A DNA stretch of 64,000 nt from Pontiella sp. Lineage in GTDB: Bacteria; Verrucomicrobiota; Kiritimatiellia; Kiritimatiellales; Pontiellaceae. The notes below the pieces were generated by a model. The model was not told where the DNA came from. It was given only the letters and a program-made list of their open reading frames with translations, and made no database searches. Location of the stretch: assembly GCA_050290185.1 (NCBI GenBank), contig JBNKHE010000011.1:35677-99676 (forward strand). The letters run 5' to 3'. Made by a program: the position numbers and the translations under genes. Positions 61,295-64,000 of this stretch are shown here, piece after piece (position 1 is the stretch's first letter; each line of letters starts with the position of its first letter).

Positions 61295-62785
61295 ATGTCA
61301 GGGGATCAGATTACATTGCAGGCTTTGGAGCGTCATCTTTGGGAGGCGGCGCATATTATTACGGGACCGATCGACGCATCGGACTATAAGACCTATATCT
61401 TCCCGATCCTGTTCTTCAAGCGGGTCTGCGATGTCTACGACGAGGAGTTTGCTCAGGCCATGGAGTTTTATGGTGATGAGGAAATGGCCCGTTCTCCGGA
61501 ACAACATCGCATTCAGGTTCCGGAAGGCTGTCATTGGCGTGATGTCATCGAAACCACTTCGGATGTCGGGAAGACGCTAAAATCCGCCTTCATGGGCATC
61601 GAAAAGGCGAATGAACGGTTGTACGGAATATTCGGTGACGCCTCCTGGACCAACAAGGAACGCTTGCCGGATCATCTCCTTCTCCAGTTGCTCAACCATT
61701 TCAACAAGATGGACCTTAGCGTTCAGCATGTGCGCGTCGATGACATGGGCCGCGCCTATGAATACCTGATCAAGCGTTTCGCCGATAAAGCCAACAAGAA
61801 GGCCGGCGAGTTCTACACCCCGCGCTCCATTGTACGGCTGATGGTGAACATTCTTGATCCGCAACCCGGTGAGACGGTCTATGACCCCGCCTGCGGTACC
61901 GGGGGGATGCTGTTGGAAACCGTACACCATGTGAAAGAACAGGGCGGTGACCCGCGCCTGCTGACGCTCAAGGGGCAGGAGAAAAACCTGACCACCGAAG
62001 CCATTGCCCGCATGAATCTCTATCTGCACGGCATGGAGGATTTTGAAGTCCGGCGCGGCGACACCCTGCGCGATCCAAAGTTTCTGGTGGCCGACCGGCT
62101 GGAGCAGTTTGACTGCGTAATCGCCAATCCGCCATTCAGTCTCAAGGAATGGGGCTATGATTCATGGAGCTTGGACCCATTCAATCGGCATGGATTCGGC
62201 TTGGCTCCCAAGACCAATGGCGACTTTGCCTGGGTCATGCACATGTACTCCTCCATGAAGACTTCGGGCCGTATGGCGATTGTGCTGCCGCATGGGGTGC
62301 TGTTCCGTTCCGGGGCTGAGGCGAAAATCCGCAAAAAACTACTGGATCAGGGAGTCATCGAAGCCGTAATCGGCCTAGCCGGCAATCTGTTCTACGGCAC
62401 CGGCATTCCCGCCTGCATCCTAATCCTTCGCAAAACCGAACGGAATAAAGCACCCGTCCTCTTTATCAACGCCGAGGAAATCTACACCAAGGGCCGAGCC
62501 CAGAATACCATGAGTCTGGAGCAGTCCGATGAAATCTACGGCATCTACCAATCGCAGAACAAAAAAGCCCATGAGCAGGAAGGGGTCAGCCGCTGGGTGG
62601 AATACATCGAGCTCAAAGAAAACGACTTCAACCTGAACATTGCACGCTATGTCCAGAAGCCGCTGGAAGAGGAGACCATCACCGTCGAAGAGGCTCTGCG
62701 CGACTTTAAGGAAAAGCTTTCTGCTCTCGAAAAGGCTGAGGATGAGCTGGAGTTACTGCTGGAGCGGGAAGGATTCGAGCTATGA
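61295..62785 (+). CDS. hsdM: Type I R-M methyltransferase subunit M1 (NPPF type)
   Basis: LWEAA, GEFYTP, DPACGTGG, ANPPF and PHGVLFR motifs. Confidence 0.95.
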   Translation: MSGDQITLQALERHLWEAAHIITGPIDASDYKTYIFPILFFKRVCDVYDEEFAQAMEFYGDEEMARSPEQHRIQVPEGCHWRDVIETTSDVGKTLKSAFMGIEKANERLYGIFGDASWTNKERLPDHLLLQLLNHFNKMDLSVQHVRVDDMGRAYEYLIKRFADKANKKAGEFYTPRSIVRLMVNILDPQPGETVYDPACGTGGMLLETVHHVKEQGGDPRLLTLKGQEKNLTTEAIARMNLYLHGMEDFEVRRGDTLRDPKFLVADRLEQFDCVIANPPFSLKEWGYDSWSLDPFNRHGFGLAPKTNGDFAWVMHMYSSMKTSGRMAIVLPHGVLFRSGAEAKIRKKLLDQGVIEAVIGLAGNLFYGTGIPACILILRKTERNKAPVLFINAEEIYTKGRAQNTMSLEQSDEIYGIYQSQNKKAHEQEGVSRWVEYIELKENDFNLNIARYVQKPLEEETITVEEALRDFKEKLSALEKAEDELELLLEREGFEL

Positions 62786-63768
62786 TATGCAACGTGCCAC
62801 GAAAAGATTATTCCTCCATTTATCGCGCTTTACACGCTGGGATTTCTGAGGCGTTAAAGGACCCATCACAGGGGGAGCCCCAACTTGTTGCGAATTTGGT
62901 CCACCATATAGCATCCTCGATTAATGGTGTGGGCGCTCTTTCCAATGGGGCGAATGTGAAATCAGGCGGAGTATTCGTTCATGCCACTCCAAAGGTTATC
63001 TGTAATTCCTTCCCTGAGTCTTCCCCTGGATATGTAGAGATTGGTGATCTGTTGTTGTTGCGGACTGAAATTGTCAATGGGCAACTAAGGTCACGTTCAG
63101 CGTTGCTGCTTCAGGCGAAGCGTGAGTCGGGCCTTCCAGCTACTCCCGATAACGCCAATCAATTATATTTGTATGAATATTGGCCAGAGTTTGAATATCA
63201 TAAATCCGGACCTGTTTTAACTGGTAAGAAGAGAGCTGTAACTGGGCCGGACCTATATAATGCAGCTAAATATCTAGTTCTTGGGAATGATCCTTCAAAG
63301 TTGCTTTTGGTTGATCCGTGTTGTTGTTTTTATCCATTTCATTGTGGAATCAATGCTGTGACCGCGCAGCCAATTTCGCCCAGTCTTGGGCATCATGAGT
63401 GCTTTCTGTTTGAATTGATCAGGTTCATTTTCCACGATGCAGGGAAACCGTACCATTATCCAGTTCCGCCTCTGGACTGTGGATGGAGTCGCGTGATCGA
63501 CGACCTTGTTAAGGTTGCAGCTCCCAAGAAGATGCCCCCTAAAATCAAAAATGCAGGTTCCTTGCGTGGACAGGGTTTCTTTTTCGTAACAGGCAACTTT
63601 GATCATAGCGATGGCATGCTTAAAACATATGCTAATTATTCGTCGAATGAGCCTCCAGAGGATATTCCCGGAGAGTGGAGTGAAGGGGAAGAGTTCGGCC
63701 CGGTCGGGATTTCGACCATTGAGTTCGTTGTAGAATCAGAAGGCGAGCAGGACAGACGCAGGGATTAG
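62782..63768 (+). CDS. Hypothetical protein with a putative PD-(D/E)XK-like nuclease motif
   Basis: AT-richer than its neighbours, ATGA-coupled to hsdM1, contains 'EIGDLLLL...ALLLQAK'. Confidence 0.7.
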   Translation: MICNVPRKDYSSIYRALHAGISEALKDPSQGEPQLVANLVHHIASSINGVGALSNGANVKSGGVFVHATPKVICNSFPESSPGYVEIGDLLLLRTEIVNGQLRSRSALLLQAKRESGLPATPDNANQLYLYEYWPEFEYHKSGPVLTGKKRAVTGPDLYNAAKYLVLGNDPSKLLLVDPCCCFYPFHCGINAVTAQPISPSLGHHECFLFELIRFIFHDAGKPYHYPVPPLDCGWSRVIDDLVKVAAPKKMPPKIKNAGSLRGQGFFFVTGNFDHSDGMLKTYANYSSNEPPEDIPGEWSEGEEFGPVGISTIEFVVESEGEQDRRRD

Positions 63769-63776
63769 TGATTTTC

Positions 63777-63810
63777 CTAATAACCAATAACGATTAACTG
63801 ATAACGGATT
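63777..63810 (+). repeat. Degenerate heptamer array
   Basis: CTAATAA CCAATAA CGATTAA CTGATAA CGGATT. Confidence 0.65.
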
Positions 63811-63813
63811 TAC

Positions 63814-64000
63814 ATGAGCCTATCGCAACAACAACTGGAAACCATGCTTTGGGGGGCGGCGGAGCATCTGCGCGGGCAGATCGATGCGTCGGACTACAAG
63901 CAGTATATCTTTCCGCTGCTTTTCTATAAACGGCTGTCGGATGTGTATGCCGATGAATATGCCGAGGCGCTGGAGTTTTCCGACGGCGATTCCGAGTATG
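63814..64000 (+). CDS. hsdM: Second type I R-M methyltransferase subunit M2, 3'-partial (absent from the ORF track)
   Basis: MSLSQQQLETMLWGAAEHLRGQIDASDYKQYIFPLLFYKRLSDVY aligns with the N-terminus of M1. Confidence 0.9.
   Translation, partial: MSLSQQQLETMLWGAAEHLRGQIDASDYKQYIFPLLFYKRLSDVYADEYAEALEFSDGDSEY

Larger units (their letters stand above)
58470..64000. mobile_element. tRNA-anchored genomic/defence island (continues beyond the window)
   Basis: Begins at the tRNA 3' end and contains arm-type repeats, an Xis-like HTH, Fic, type I R-M genes and a pseudogene; no integrase is visible in the window. Confidence 0.8.

Overview
This is a bacterial chromosomal window, GC-rich in its core genes. 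Gene content (SHD1-type secreted proteins, a short PVC/spirochaete-type ParC/ParE pair, choice-of-anchor-type exoproteins) suggests a PVC-superphylum organism such as Kiritimatiellota or Verrucomicrobiota; this is an inference. Positions 1-40.6 kb are mostly housekeeping and metabolic genes: a padR-HAAS-lemA-LOG cluster, dusB, uvrA, pdxB, tRNA-Leu, thiE, bioB, TPP riboswitch-thiC, an ECF sigma/vWA pair, fabI, ychF, skp-lpxD, GSIII, pdxA-rsmA, an AddA-like helicase-nuclease, pgl, hpt, gltX, trHb/ferredoxin and a two-component pair. Positions 40.9-53.1 kb hold a type IV pilus/T2SS-like operon preceded by a sigma-54 promoter. Its minor-pilin/adhesin block looks exchanged and lies behind a truncated prepilin. 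parC/parE follow, with tandem NrdR-like boxes upstream. From tRNA-Ile2(CAU) at 58393-58469 to the window end lies a genomic island. It carries arm-type repeats, two copies of an unexplained 137/143-bp structured element, a Fic gene with tandem operators, a pseudogene, an excisionase-like HTH, and a two-methyltransferase type I R-M locus with a nuclease-like cargo gene between hsdM1 and hsdM2. Three families of short dispersed palindromic repeats occur; one is heptamer-periodic and one copy of another sits inside the dusB coding frame. All protein calls come from motif recognition by eye; no database searches were run.
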